A stretch of DNA of 64,000 bases from Ostreococcus lucimarinus (taxonomy: Eukaryota). Numbering within the stretch: the first letter of the stretch is position 1; every line of letters starts with the position of its first letter. This document shows positions 19,550 through 29,838 of this stretch, one piece after another. The stretch lies in assembly GCA_000092065.1 (NCBI GenBank), contig CP000589.1. The stretch is one strand, 5' to 3'. The position numbers were made by a program, and so were the translations under genes. The notes beneath the pieces are model-generated. The model had not been told where the DNA came from, did not search any database, and saw only the letters and a list, made by a program, of their open reading frames with translations.

Positions 19550-19679
19550 ATTCACGCAGCTATTTCCCTCGCGCGCGCGCGCGCGCGCGTTGTAACGCAT
19601 CCAATCCGCGCCCGCTCGCCGCCGCCTCGCTCGCCCAACCGCTCGCCCAACCGCTCGACGCCGCACACGTCGGCGCGCC

Positions 19680-21647
19680 ATGGCGCCCGCGCGTCGTCGC
19701 CCCGCGGTGCGCGCGCCGTCCAAGCGCGCGTCCTCTGCCTCGCGCGCGGGCGCGCGAGACGCCTCGCGCGCGTCGCCATCGCCGTCGACGACCGCGTGGA
19801 CCGTCCTGTCGAGACTCTTCGCAACGACGTTTTCACGCCGCGCCGCGCGCCGCGAGGACGTCGAGCGACGACGAACTCGCGCGCGCGCGCTCGCCGTCGC
19901 GTGTGTCGCGTGCGCAGCGACGTACCTGCGAGAGGTGTACGTCCCGGCGGCGGTGCGGGACACGTTCGTGGACTCGCTGCCGGATTGGGTGAACGACACG
20001 GTGCTCGCGCGATTGCCGGCGTTGGAGTTGCAGCCCGAAACGAGGTCTCGCGAGCGTGGACCGGGCGTCGAACTCCGCGAACGAGGTCTGACGCCGAAAC
20101 ACCCGGTCGTCATCGTGCCGGGATTCGTGAGCACGGGATTGGAACTGTGGCGAGGAAAGGCGTGCGGCGCACATTTTTTTCGACGGCGAATGTGGGGAAC
20201 GCCCGCGATGGCGCGCGCGTTCTTCAGTAATCAAAAGTGTTGGATGGAACACATGCGACTCGATGGACGCACAGGATCTGATCCGGAATCCGTTCGGCTG
20301 CGCGCCGTCCGAGGGCTCGAAGGCGTTGATTGGTTTCTGCCTGGTTATTTCGTATGGGGTAAGGTGATAGAAGAGCTCTCGGAGTTGGGATACGATTCAA
20401 ACACACTTCACAGCGCGGCGTACGATTGGCGTCTGAGTCCCACGATGTTAGAGCGTCGGGATGGGTATTTCACTCGGCTCAAGAGCGTTATAGAGACGCT
20501 ATACTCGGTGCACGGAGAGCGCGTTGCCTTGCTCGCGCACTCGTACGGCGATACGATTTCTAGATACTTCTTTGAATGGGTCGAGACACCTGTGGCGAAA
20601 GGCGGTGGCGGTGGAGGGAAGCGGTGGGTGGACAAACACGTCCACGCGTACGTAGACATAGCGGGCCCCATGTTGGGTATTCCGAAGACGATTCCGAGCT
20701 TGTTGAGTGGAGAAATGCGAGACACGGCTATTCTCGGGGAGCTCGAGGGAATGCTCGGCGGACTTCTAGAGACTGCTGTCGGGCGCTTGATTGGCACACA
20801 GATTAAAGAGGTTTGTGACACCTTTCGCACGTGGGGTGCGCTGTGGGCCATGCTCCCTCGCGGCGGCGCGGCGGTGTGGGGGGACGATGACGCCGGCGCG
20901 CCCGAGAGCGGCGCGCTGAATTTCTTCCTGCAAATGCGCGCCGCAGGCACGTCGCGCGAAACCAGCTTCAATCACACCGTGGATAGCGCTCTTGGATTCC
21001 TCTTCGAGCAACTCGCCGATTCGGTGCCGCACAACGTGGCCGAGTTTAGCTCGACCATCGATCGAGCGTCGCGAGAGCGACTGAAGACGCGCGTGCCGGA
21101 CTTGGAGGCGAAAACGGCGCCGAACTTCGGCGACCCTTTGCGAAGTGCTCTGCCGAGGGCGCCGAACATGAAGATTTTCTGCCTGTATGGTGCGGGAAAG
21201 CCGACGGAACGCGCGTACGTATACGAGCGATTCGACGCCGACGCGCTTCGCCCCTACCAGCTCGACGTCCAGTCGCGAGATGCCGCTCTCACGCACGGCG
21301 TCTGGCAGGTCGACGGCGACGGCTCCATCCCCCTTGCCTCCCTCGGCTACGTCTGCCGCGAATGGCGCGTCAATCGCGCCCTCAATCCCGCCAACGTCTC
21401 CGTCGTCACTCGCGAGTACGCCCACCGCCCGCTCCCGCTCTCCGTCGGCGGCTTCCAGGGCAAATCCGAGGGCGATCACGTCAACATCATGGGCAACGAG
21501 GACATGATTCGCGACCTCCTCACCATCGTCGCCGGTCGCGCGCACGCCGTCCCCCCCCGCGTCGTCAGCGACGTCGACGCGCTCGCCGCGACGATTCGCG
21601 CCCGCCTCGCCGCCGCCGCCCCCCTCCCGTCTCCCCAATCCTTCTGA
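19680..21647 (+). CDS. PDAT: Phospholipid:diacylglycerol acyltransferase (LCAT family, PDAT)
   Basis: 'KHPVVIVPGFVSTGLELWRGKACG', 'AAYDWRLSP', 'LLAHSYGD' (lipase GxSxG-like), 'IPLASLGYVCREW', 'HVNIMGNEDMIRDLL' colinear with Arabidopsis PDAT1; N-terminal TM. Confidence 0.85.
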   Translation: MAPARRRPAVRAPSKRASSASRAGARDASRASPSPSTTAWTVLSRLFATTFSRRAARREDVERRRTRARALAVACVACAATYLREVYVPAAVRDTFVDSLPDWVNDTVLARLPALELQPETRSRERGPGVELRERGLTPKHPVVIVPGFVSTGLELWRGKACGAHFFRRRMWGTPAMARAFFSNQKCWMEHMRLDGRTGSDPESVRLRAVRGLEGVDWFLPGYFVWGKVIEELSELGYDSNTLHSAAYDWRLSPTMLERRDGYFTRLKSVIETLYSVHGERVALLAHSYGDTISRYFFEWVETPVAKGGGGGGKRWVDKHVHAYVDIAGPMLGIPKTIPSLLSGEMRDTAILGELEGMLGGLLETAVGRLIGTQIKEVCDTFRTWGALWAMLPRGGAAVWGDDDAGAPESGALNFFLQMRAAGTSRETSFNHTVDSALGFLFEQLADSVPHNVAEFSSTIDRASRERLKTRVPDLEAKTAPNFGDPLRSALPRAPNMKIFCLYGAGKPTERAYVYERFDADALRPYQLDVQSRDAALTHGVWQVDGDGSIPLASLGYVCREWRVNRALNPANVSVVTREYAHRPLPLSVGGFQGKSEGDHVNIMGNEDMIRDLLTIVAGRAHAVPPRVVSDVDALAATIRARLAAAAPLPSPQSF

Positions 21648-22117
21648 CCGCGCCTTCGCTTCGTTTCCGACGCTTTAGCCACGCGCAGAATATATTTTCG
21701 CCGCGCGCCCGCGCCTCGTTCGCGCTTTCGGTCGTCGTCGTCGCTTCGCGCGTTCGCCTTCGCGTCGCGCTCGCCTTCGCGTCGCCGCGCCTCTATGCGC
21801 AAACAGTCACGACCGAACGACTTTCGCGCGCGCGACCGCGATCCATCGCCCGATCGCGTTCGATCGCGGTCGCCACTCGCGCGCGCGAGATTCGTCGCGC
21901 ACGAACGCCGCGAACGCTCGCCTCGCGAGGGCGCGCGGCGGTAAAAGTCGCGCGCGCCGATCGCGACGCGCGCGCTCGACGGCGACCGCGCGACGGAGTC
22001 GACGACGCGCGCGACGCATCGTTCGAACGGTCGAAGGATTCGAAGGAATCGCGGCGGCGCGCGAAACCGAAGCGCGAGGGCGCGAGGCGGCGAGGAGACG
22101 ACGCGAGCGCGCTGGGA

Positions 22118-23200
22118 ATGACCTCGCGGGGATTGCCGATGGACGTGAGCCTGCGATTCCTGTCGGACGAGGACGATGGACAGCGCGGGGGGGGCGGGAA
22201 GCCGTACGCGCGGCGAGGCGGGAAGAAGGCGAGCGGAAGCGCGAACGGGAAAGGGAGCGGTGGATCGAGGGGAACGACGTCGGAGGCGAATGTGAAGCGG
22301 AGCGAGAAGTACGGGGCACCGAAACCGCGGAAACCGCGCACGTTACGGCTGGATGTGGACGAAGATCGAGTGGAGGAGTATTGCGTCGCGTTGCGCGAGC
22401 ACCAGGAGTTGACGCGCGTGTACGACTATCACGCGAAGATTGTGGATAAATGCGACGAGTCGCAACTTCTGGCGTTCATGGCGCGCGTGTTGAAGTCTGT
22501 CATCGATAACATTGTCGAGGAGAACACCGCGCACGGACAGTACTTGGCGAAGGCGACGTTGAGATGCGACGTCGGCGCGTTGCACATTCTCGACGCGTTT
22601 TGCGTGACTCTCTACAAAAAGGCGGAGGAGTATAACAAGTATTCCCCGGATTTGCTCTTGCTCGAATCCGTGATGAGTGATTCGCGTCAAGACCCAGACG
22701 CTGCCGTCGATATGAACCTTCTCGCCATAGAATTCGGCTTCAACGCCAGATTGTGCGATTGCTTGAACAAAGTCATCGAAGAGACGGCGGAGAAGAAGGG
22801 GCTGACGGAGGCGGACAAGAAGCGCTTGCAACGACGATGGCGACTTTGGTTGAAGAACAAAAGCTTTGACGACTGCCGACCCAATCCATTCAATCATGCG
22901 CAGTTATCCACGTACGTCGAGCCGCCGTACACGATCAACTACCAGCTGCATACCAACGAGAGCGCGGTGTTCGCGGTTCTGACGTCGGACCAGATCAACC
23001 CCTTCGCGATGCAGTGCAAAACGCTCGGCGAGGCGCCGAAGAACGCTCCCGAAGAGATCGAAATCTACGACAGTAAAACCAAGAAGGGAAAAACGTTTCA
23101 GGAAATTGTCGACATATTGCAGAAGATCGTCAAGAGCCCTCGAGCGACGCAAGGCGCCCAAAAGGCCAAGGACGAAAACATCTTTCGCTACCAACGCTAA
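22118..23200 (+). CDS. Hypothetical conserved-looking protein (no domain recognised)
   Basis: ORF with good GC3 coding usage, Gly/Lys-rich N-term then a globular region; ATG 22118 is the first after the PDAT stop. The upstream 250 codons of the ORF overlap PDAT. Confidence 0.5.
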   Translation: MTSRGLPMDVSLRFLSDEDDGQRGGGGKPYARRGGKKASGSANGKGSGGSRGTTSEANVKRSEKYGAPKPRKPRTLRLDVDEDRVEEYCVALREHQELTRVYDYHAKIVDKCDESQLLAFMARVLKSVIDNIVEENTAHGQYLAKATLRCDVGALHILDAFCVTLYKKAEEYNKYSPDLLLLESVMSDSRQDPDAAVDMNLLAIEFGFNARLCDCLNKVIEETAEKKGLTEADKKRLQRRWRLWLKNKSFDDCRPNPFNHAQLSTYVEPPYTINYQLHTNESAVFAVLTSDQINPFAMQCKTLGEAPKNAPEEIEIYDSKTKKGKTFQEIVDILQKIVKSPRATQGAQKAKDENIFRYQR

Positions 23201-23226
23201 ACGTTGAACTATATTTTTTGAACTAT

Positions 23227-23250
23227 AATTTCGAAGAGGCTTCTTCGAAA
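23227..23250 (+). other. Perfect 10-bp-stem hairpin (atttcgaaga-ggct-tcttcgaaat) ~30 bp downstream of a stop codon
   Basis: Inverted repeat in an AT-richer 3' flank; possible 3'-end/processing element. Confidence 0.4.
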
Positions 23251-23481
23251 TCGTCGTCCGACACTTCGCCTTTCGTTTCCGCGGTAGACTGTTGACACAC
23301 TCATTAGTGACGTACCATCGTCCAGTATAATAATTACCGACCACTGTTGTGCCTTTCTTCGCTTCGCCGCGTCTTCGCGCCTCGCGTCTCCTCGTCGCCG
23401 ACGCCATCCACCGCCGACTCGCCTCTCGCCTCAGTTCACCGCGCGCTCGCGAGCGCCGCGCCTCGAGCGAGTGCGGTCACC

Positions 23482-24495
23482 ATGCTCACCGCGCGCTGCG
23501 TCATCGCGCTCCCCGCGCGCCGCGCGTCGCGCGCTGCGTCCCGTCGAGCGCGCGCGCCGTCGACGTCGACGTCAGCCATATCTCCCGGTCGCGCTCTATC
23601 CGCGTCCTACGACGCCGCGGACGCGATCGACCCGATGTCGAGCTACGATGGCGCGTCCTGCGTCGTCACCGACTCCATCGACGCCGACGAGATCGACCGC
23701 ACGCGCGTGGGGGAGACGCTGAGGGAACAAATCGCAAACATGGGAGGGGAGCAGCTGATGGACCCGCGAGACTTCGTGTCCACGGACGCGCAGCGACGAC
23801 AGTGCGCGGTGTTGTTCGCGTCGTGCGCGGCGTTAGTCGGGAAGGGGATGTATGAGTTCGGATGCGATGGATTCACGGCGATGGAGGCGATGATGGCTGT
23901 CGGAACGATCGGGTTGGCGTACTGGACGAGCGACCTGGGCACGGGGATATTTCACTGGAGCGTGGATAACTACGGGAGTAAGGCGACACCGTTGCTCGGT
24001 GGGGTGATTGATGCGTTTCAAGGGCACCACAAATACCCGTGGACGATCACGAAGCGGCAGTGGGCGAATAATGTGCACACCACGTGCGTGGCGCCGCTCG
24101 TGTTCACCACGCCGACGCTGTTGCTCAACGATCGGGCGACGGATTTGATATTCGTCGGCGTTTTCACGTCTTTGATCGTACTTAGTCAACAGTTCCACGC
24201 CTGGAGTCACATGAAAAAGAGCGAGTTGCCGCCGCTGGTGCTCAAGGCGCAAGATATGGGGCTTTTGGTCGGACGTCGCGACCATGGGCAGCACCACAAG
24301 TCGCCGTTTGAGGGTCACTATTGCATAGTCAGTGGGTACTGGAATCCGATTCTGGACGGCAGCGGGTTTTTTCGCGCGCTCGAACAAGCCGTGTTCAAGG
24401 CCACGGGCACGGCTCCGCGCTGCTGGTCGGATGACGTCGAGTTCATCGTGCAGGAAAGCGCCCCCGAAGGCTGGGGGCGAGGCGTGCTCAAGTGA
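23482..24495 (+). CDS. FAD4: FAD4-like fatty-acid desaturase (TMEM189/Kua-domain, plasmanylethanolamine-desaturase family)
   Basis: His boxes 'FHWSVD', 'QGHHKYP', 'HAWSH', 'HGQHHKSPF' with TM segments; transit-peptide-like N-term (MLTARCVIALPARRASRAASRR). Confidence 0.75.
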   Translation: MLTARCVIALPARRASRAASRRARAPSTSTSAISPGRALSASYDAADAIDPMSSYDGASCVVTDSIDADEIDRTRVGETLREQIANMGGEQLMDPRDFVSTDAQRRQCAVLFASCAALVGKGMYEFGCDGFTAMEAMMAVGTIGLAYWTSDLGTGIFHWSVDNYGSKATPLLGGVIDAFQGHHKYPWTITKRQWANNVHTTCVAPLVFTTPTLLLNDRATDLIFVGVFTSLIVLSQQFHAWSHMKKSELPPLVLKAQDMGLLVGRRDHGQHHKSPFEGHYCIVSGYWNPILDGSGFFRALEQAVFKATGTAPRCWSDDVEFIVQESAPEGWGRGVLK

Positions 24496-24639
24496 GCTCG
24501 TGAGTTGTATGAATTAAATTGCATTTTTCTATCGCGTACAGCTGCCCCTATTGGGCTGTTTGCGGTTGTAGTCGTTGATACATTTTCGCTTGTAAAAAGC
24601 ACTCTCTGATGATACATGTCGTCCTCGGCGTCGGCGAAA

Positions 24640-25464
24640 TCACGCTCGTCGCAACGCCAACATCTCGTCGACGACGTCGACGCAATCAATGTGACGATTC
24701 ACCAACGCGATGTCGCGCGGCGAGACAGGCGCATTATTCGCACCGAGCGAGTGATCCGTGTGCAAACGATCGGCCTCCCACTGCCCCACTTCGACGCTCG
24801 CGCCGAGTCGAAGCAGCGTTCGAGCCGCGGCGGCTTCCCCCCACTCGCACGCAGAAAACAATGCCGTCTTTCCGTTGTAATACCTCGCATCGATATCCGC
24901 CCCACCGCGCACGAGTAATTCCACCGAAGCGCAATCTCCGCGCTTCGCCACGGCGTGCAACGGCTTCCATCCTTGATGATGGTTTCGACAGTTGGCGTCC
25001 GCGCCCCCTCGCAACAACAAGCCCACGCACGACGCCCGCGCGTCGTCCTCGACGCCATCCGCGCACGACGCCGACAACAACACGTCGTCCACGTCCATAT
25101 CGTGCGCCATGAGCACCCGCACGCACTCGCACTCCGCCCTCGCCGCCGCCGCGCGTCCCGCTCGCCCGAGCGTCTCCGCCCAGTCGCCCGCGCTCGCCCC
25201 TCCCTCGCGCTTCTCTAGCATTTTCTCCAGCTCGCGATGCCGTCCGCGGCTCGCGCACAACGCGAGCGCGGCGCCGACGTCGGCGTGCGGGAACGACACG
25301 AGGACTTCCAGGGCGTCCCAGTTCTCGTGCAGGGCTACCTGTTGCAAGTCGGCAAACCAACGCTTCAAACGAGGGTCGTTGCGCCGCGCGAACGAGGACG
25401 CGACGCTCAGCGCGGTGGCGGGAACTTGCTGCGCGTGCGCGGCGCGCGCGACGGGGTGAGCCAT
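24640..25464 (-). CDS. Ankyrin-repeat protein
   Basis: Repeated 'G.TPLH.A...G....V..LL..GA' units (e.g. 'GWKPLHAVAKRGDCASVELLVRGGADIDA'). ORF-track start 25626 would overlap the upstream gene's 3' end; internal ATG 25464. Confidence 0.6.
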   Translation of the reverse strand: MAHPVARAAHAQQVPATALSVASSFARRNDPRLKRWFADLQQVALHENWDALEVLVSFPHADVGAALALCASRGRHRELEKMLEKREGGASAGDWAETLGRAGRAAAARAECECVRVLMAHDMDVDDVLLSASCADGVEDDARASCVGLLLRGGADANCRNHHQGWKPLHAVAKRGDCASVELLVRGGADIDARYYNGKTALFSACEWGEAAAARTLLRLGASVEVGQWEADRLHTDHSLGANNAPVSPRDIALVNRHIDCVDVVDEMLALRRA

Positions 25465-25550
25465 CGCGTCGCGCGCCGCTCGACGACGCCGCGCAGTGGG
25501 GGGGACGGCGGTTTCGGCGGAGACTTGCTTATTAAAAGCCGAGTAGAGTA

Positions 25551-26741
25551 TTAGGACGACTTCGTCTTGGCTTCCGCGGCGTCGCGCTCGGCCTGGGCCT
25601 CTTCTAATCCTTCGCAGTAATTCCACGTCACGCCGACTTCTTTCGCCAGAGCGGCGCGAATGAAGGTGGCGCCGAGGACGCCCGGGACGATGTACAACAG
25701 CGCCGGTTGGGCGGCGTCAAAGACGTTCATGACGACGATGGTGGTGACGATCCCGACGAGATAGCCGAACGCGACGGCGGGGAAATACGTTGTCACAGTC
25801 TTTCCGTCGTCGCGGACCGTTCGAGAGGCGGTCGCAGCTTTTTTGGACGCCGATCTCGTGAGCGACTTTCTCGGCTCGAGCGCCGCCGCGCGTCTCGCGT
25901 TGTCCATCCTCAAAATCATCGCCACGTAAAGCCCTGGAACGACGATATCCCCCAGACCTAGCATGCTAAACGGTCTATTAGCGCCCTCGATCGCACTGGC
26001 GGCGACTCGCGGGAAAAGTAGCTTGATCGGCGCGTCGAACGACCGCGCCACGCTCACCATCACCGGCGTGCAAAACACCCAAAACACGTCGTACACGAAC
26101 AACCCCGCGAGCAAGATTGACCCGATCTGCACGCTATCAATCGTCAAATACTCGATTCCTTGCAGCGCAAACGACATTCCCAGCGCATTATTCGCCAACC
26201 AATGACGCGAACGAACGTACGCCGCCGTTCCCGCCAACGCCGCGACGCCCGCCGCCGCCTCCGCCAGCGTGCACTCCGCCGTCCACCGCTCGCCGTTCAC
26301 CCACTTCATCTCCGGCACCGAAAACAGTTCGTAGCTCACGAGCTCGCGTCCCCCGAACGCAAATTTGTGCACGACCGGGGTCAGGATCGCGCTCATCGCC
26401 ACGACGCCGAGCATCCCAAAGTACGCCGTCGCGCACACGTCGAGCACGTTTTTGGGCAAAAACTTGAACGCCAGAAACGCCCCGAACAGCACGCACGACC
26501 CGAGCAGAGGGAACTTTTGCGCGTCTTCCTTGGTCATGACCTCTCCCGAGCCCTCGCTCGCCGGTCGCACGCTTCGGTACGCGCCGGCGACGACGCTCAG
26601 CGTGCTCACGGCGACGATCTGGGCGTTGGGATCGACGACCGCGACGGTCGGCGCGAGCGCGCAGAGCAGCAGGGCGACGTGCGCGAGCGGCGCGGCGATC
26701 GGGTCGGCGCCGACCATCGTCGGACGCGCGCTCGAGGGCAT
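25551..26741 (-). CDS. SPP: Signal peptide peptidase (presenilin-type intramembrane aspartyl protease)
   Basis: Catalytic 'YDVFWVF' and 'LGLGDIVVPG' plus 'QPALLYIVP' (PAL) motifs, 9 TM. Confidence 0.85.
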   Translation of the reverse strand: MPSSARPTMVGADPIAAPLAHVALLLCALAPTVAVVDPNAQIVAVSTLSVVAGAYRSVRPASEGSGEVMTKEDAQKFPLLGSCVLFGAFLAFKFLPKNVLDVCATAYFGMLGVVAMSAILTPVVHKFAFGGRELVSYELFSVPEMKWVNGERWTAECTLAEAAAGVAALAGTAAYVRSRHWLANNALGMSFALQGIEYLTIDSVQIGSILLAGLFVYDVFWVFCTPVMVSVARSFDAPIKLLFPRVAASAIEGANRPFSMLGLGDIVVPGLYVAMILRMDNARRAAALEPRKSLTRSASKKAATASRTVRDDGKTVTTYFPAVAFGYLVGIVTTIVVMNVFDAAQPALLYIVPGVLGATFIRAALAKEVGVTWNYCEGLEEAQAERDAAEAKTKSS

Positions 26742-26841
26742 GGCGACGTCGCGCGGGTGAGTGACGAGACGACGAGCGCGCGCGAGGGGAAGACGAGACG
26801 ACAGACGACGCTCCGATACAAACTTACGACGATGACGTCGT

Positions 26842-27153
26842 CTACGAGCGCACCTCCCTCGCGGTGCGCGCGGTGACTACTCTATCAGCGCGTCCGCTCG
26901 CCGCGGGCGCGTCGGCTTGCTGCTGTAACTGCGCCTCGGTCGCCTTGGCGAGCGCGTCGTTCGCGTACCGTCGCGCGAACCGCCGCGCGGCGGCGAGCGC
27001 CGCGCCCCCGTGCGTCCCGACGCGCTCGAACGTCGTCGCCAGCGCGTGATCGACGCGCGACTCGTTCGCGACCAAGATCGGCGCTAAGAACCTATCGTAC
27101 ACGTACAGCGCGCCCTGAAACCTCGGATGCCAGAGATAGACGCTAAACGCCAC
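26842..27153 (-). CDS. HVA22: HVA22/TB2/DP1 (REEP-family) protein exon 2
   Basis: 'VAFSVYLWHPRFQGALYVYDRFLAPIL' aligns to HVA22 'LVFVAWLVLPQFRGAAFIY'; follows CAG acceptor with ACTGACG branch 12 nt upstream. Confidence 0.7.
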   Translation of the reverse strand: MAFSVYLWHPRFQGALYVYDRFLAPILVANESRVDHALATTFERVGTHGGAALAAARRFARRYANDALAKATEAQLQQQADAPAASGRADRVVTARTAREVRS

Positions 27154-27248
27154 CTGCGCCGCGCGCGTCAGTCCTTCGATGTTCGAATCCTCCGCGCGCG
27201 TCCGCGCGTCGCGCGCGTCCCGTCCCGTTCCGGCGGTCACCGGCGCAC

Positions 27249-27464
27249 CTTACACTCCCAATACATCACCGCTCGTCCCCCGAACGCGCGATCCAGCGCC
27301 GGCTGCGCCGCCATCCACGCGCTCGCGACGACCCAGTACACGCACCACCCGCGCGCGTTGTCCGCGCGCTTGCGGTCGTGCTCGAGCGTCTTGTACGTCA
27401 GGTACCCCGGGTAGAGCAGGACGACGACGCGGAGCACCGCGTCGGCGATCGCCGCGCTCGGCAT
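27249..27464 (-). CDS. HVA22: HVA22-like exon 1
   Basis: 'MPSAAIADAVLRVVVLLYPGYLTYKTLEH...WCVYWVV...RAVMYWECK' then AAG|GTGCGC donor; joining the two frames restores the full TB2/DP1 domain. 95-nt intron 27154-27248. Confidence 0.7.
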
Positions 27465-27645
27465 CGCGCGCGCGCGTCGGCGACTCGCGCGTCGGCGACT
27501 CGCGCGTCGTCGACCGCACCTCGGTCGGTCGCCGCGGTCGCGTCGTGATTTTCGGAGCGTTTTTTTAGTAACGGTCGCCGCGACGAGGGCTGCGAGCGCG
27601 TCGAAGGCGCGACGGCGCGCGACGACGCGCGGGAGACGGCGACGC

Positions 27646-29097
27646 ATGGCGAAGACGTGGACGCCGTTCGAGCGCGCGCGCGTCATGCGCGCGGGACGCG
27701 CGAAACACGTCGCGGGGAGCGAGGCGTACGGAAGGGGGGATTACGGCGAAGCGATTGCGTGCTTCACGCGCGCGCTGGAGATCGACGCGCGGAATCAGTT
27801 TGCGCTGTGTAATCGAGCGCTGGCGCGGTTGCGACGGGGTGAGGACGGCGACGCGGCGCGAGCGCTGGAAGACGCGAGGGCGTGCGTGAGGAACGCGCCG
27901 ACGTGGCATAAGGCGTGGTTTCGGTTGGGGCAAGCGCGCGCGGCGAGCGGGGCGGAGGTGGAGGCGCTGAGCGCGTACGCCGAGGCGATTCGATGCGACG
28001 AGTGCGGACAAGATCGGGATGAGTGCGAAGCCGTGATGAAGAAATTGCGCGCGCGCGTGGAACTGGACGAGCGGAAGGCTGCGGAAGCGGCTGAGGCTGA
28101 GGCGCGGCGCGCGGTCGAGGTCGCGGAGGAAGACGACGAGATTGAACGCCGCCGCGCGAGACGCGAGGCGAAATTGGAAGCGAAACGCGCGAGACACAAA
28201 GTCGCGGAAGAAAGGCTGAGCAAACAACTGGGATATCCCGAAGGTATGAACGCGGTGGATGTGAACGCGTACGCGGATGAGTCTGATGATAGCGACGATA
28301 GCGCGCTGGAGACGTATGACGCGTGCGGGCGGGCGATGTTCATCGAGCGGAAAATTACAGACTTTGTCAGCATCGCGAGGCGCCTTCGAACGAGCGTGGG
28401 CGCGACGAAAACGATGGACATGATGTGCGAGTTGCGTCGGTACGGATGCTGCCAGATTTCGCTCGGGGCCGCGGTCGGGGCGACGGCGAAATTTAAAGTC
28501 GCCGCCGACGCGGCGGATCGATGCGCGCTGCCGTACGTCGTCATCCCGGCGTGGCGGGAAGCGTCGACGCCGTGGCCGATGTCGCTCGCGCAGTCGCACC
28601 AAGACGTTCAGGATGTGATGTGGCTCATGGAAACAGTCGCTCGCGTGACCACGGGAGCGATATATGAAGACGCAGGAAAATCTGAAGCCGAGCTCGACCG
28701 CGCGCTCGATTCGCCTCTCAGCGCGGGCGTTCTCGAAAGCGCGCCGTCCATCGACGAAGTTTCTCTTTCGGCGCTCGTCTTCGCGAATGACGAATCATTT
28801 CTTCGCGCTTACGCTGAGAAGAACTCGGCGCTCGTGCGCTTGGATTGGCTCGAGGCGTACGAAGAGGAAGACGCCGAGGCGGATGGAGATTCGACGCTCG
28901 TGGAGCTCTTCGTGGGCGCCGAGTTGACGCGCCGACTCGATGACGAATTTATCACCGTGGACGAGCTCGACCCACGCGATCGCGACGGGCACGGACCCGA
29001 TGGCACGAGTTTCGCGTGTCCTAGGGCAAAGCGTCCCGCCGATCGCACGCGCGTTTCATTTTTTCTTTGCCCGAAGAATTCGAATAGCCATTTTTAG
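27646..29097 (+). CDS. TPR-repeat protein with Glu/Arg/Ala-rich coiled region (function unknown)
   Basis: Three N-terminal TPR-like units ('AYGRGDYGEAIACFTRALEIDARN..', '..AWFRLGQARAASG..'), coiled-coil stretch, acidic C-term; ATG 27646. Confidence 0.55.
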   Translation: MAKTWTPFERARVMRAGRAKHVAGSEAYGRGDYGEAIACFTRALEIDARNQFALCNRALARLRRGEDGDAARALEDARACVRNAPTWHKAWFRLGQARAASGAEVEALSAYAEAIRCDECGQDRDECEAVMKKLRARVELDERKAAEAAEAEARRAVEVAEEDDEIERRRARREAKLEAKRARHKVAEERLSKQLGYPEGMNAVDVNAYADESDDSDDSALETYDACGRAMFIERKITDFVSIARRLRTSVGATKTMDMMCELRRYGCCQISLGAAVGATAKFKVAADAADRCALPYVVIPAWREASTPWPMSLAQSHQDVQDVMWLMETVARVTTGAIYEDAGKSEAELDRALDSPLSAGVLESAPSIDEVSLSALVFANDESFLRAYAEKNSALVRLDWLEAYEEEDAEADGDSTLVELFVGAELTRRLDDEFITVDELDPRDRDGHGPDGTSFACPRAKRPADRTRVSFFLCPKNSNSHF

Positions 29098-29138
29098 CGC
29101 CAGTCGCCTCATTCTTTGACTCTTCCCCACAACACCGC

Positions 29139-29711
29139 ATGGATCGCGAACTCGCGCTCGTCGACGACAAAGCATCGAATGTACTCGATGTAATCACCCG
29201 ACTTCGCTCGGACTTGCGCTCGATCGGCGCGTGTCGCCGTGACGCGTCTCGCGCAGACGCCTGCGCGTCGTTTCGACGACGCGAGCTCAAGGCGCAAACC
29301 GCGGCGTGGATGCTCAAACGGCGCAAACTCATGAAAAAGACGCTCGGCGAACGTAAACGTGCGCAACTTCGTGAACTTTTCGATGCGCTCGACGCCGACG
29401 GTGGCGGTGAGGTTGAATTCTCAGAGTTCGTCACGACGTGGCAGATGATTGGCGGTCGAGACGCGGCGTCGATGCGAGTCGCCCGCGAGCTCTTCGCCGC
29501 GATAGACGTTGATGGCTCGCAATCCATGGACTTTGACGAATTCGCGCTGCTGATGAGCGATCTCGACAGTCGGCACGTTCTCGGCGGCGGCGCGAACGAC
29601 GACCGAGGAGCGTTGTTTCGGCAGGCGGCGGCGGCGCTGCAGACGCGCCGAGCGATATCAGACTTCATCTCGTTTTGGGGCACCGCATCGGGCGGCGCGC
29701 ACCGGTGCTGA
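29139..29711 (+). CDS. EF-hand calcium-binding protein
   Basis: Two EF loops 'DADGGGEVEFSEF' and 'DVDGSQSMDFDEF'. Only 41 bp after the upstream stop; a later ATG (29310) is an alternative. Confidence 0.5.
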   Translation: MDRELALVDDKASNVLDVITRLRSDLRSIGACRRDASRADACASFRRRELKAQTAAWMLKRRKLMKKTLGERKRAQLRELFDALDADGGGEVEFSEFVTTWQMIGGRDAASMRVARELFAAIDVDGSQSMDFDEFALLMSDLDSRHVLGGGANDDRGALFRQAAAALQTRRAISDFISFWGTASGGAHRC

Positions 29712-29838
29712 ACCGATGCGATCGAACTGTCTTTCGTCGCCGCGTTCGCGGCTCTGTCGATCGCTGCGTTTCATCGTCGCGTTCGCCGCGGAGCGTTCGC
29801 CGACGACGTCACTGCGCGACTCTCGAGTCGTCGCTCGG

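Noticed and set aside
22343-23407. Minus-strand ORFs 22343-22897 and 22904-23407
   Set aside because: Antisense to the well-formed hypothetical gene 22118-23200; lower coding quality and no motif.
24640-25626. Full 328-codon ankyrin ORF starting at 25626
   Set aside because: The first 54 codons would overlap the 3' end of the signal peptide peptidase gene on the same strand; the internal ATG at 25464 (MAHPVARAAHAQQ..) is the more plausible start.
27181-27200. GTTCGAATCC tRNA T-loop-like motif
   Set aside because: No acceptor stem, D-arm or anticodon arm can be formed from the flanking 80 nt; it lies inside the HVA22 intron.
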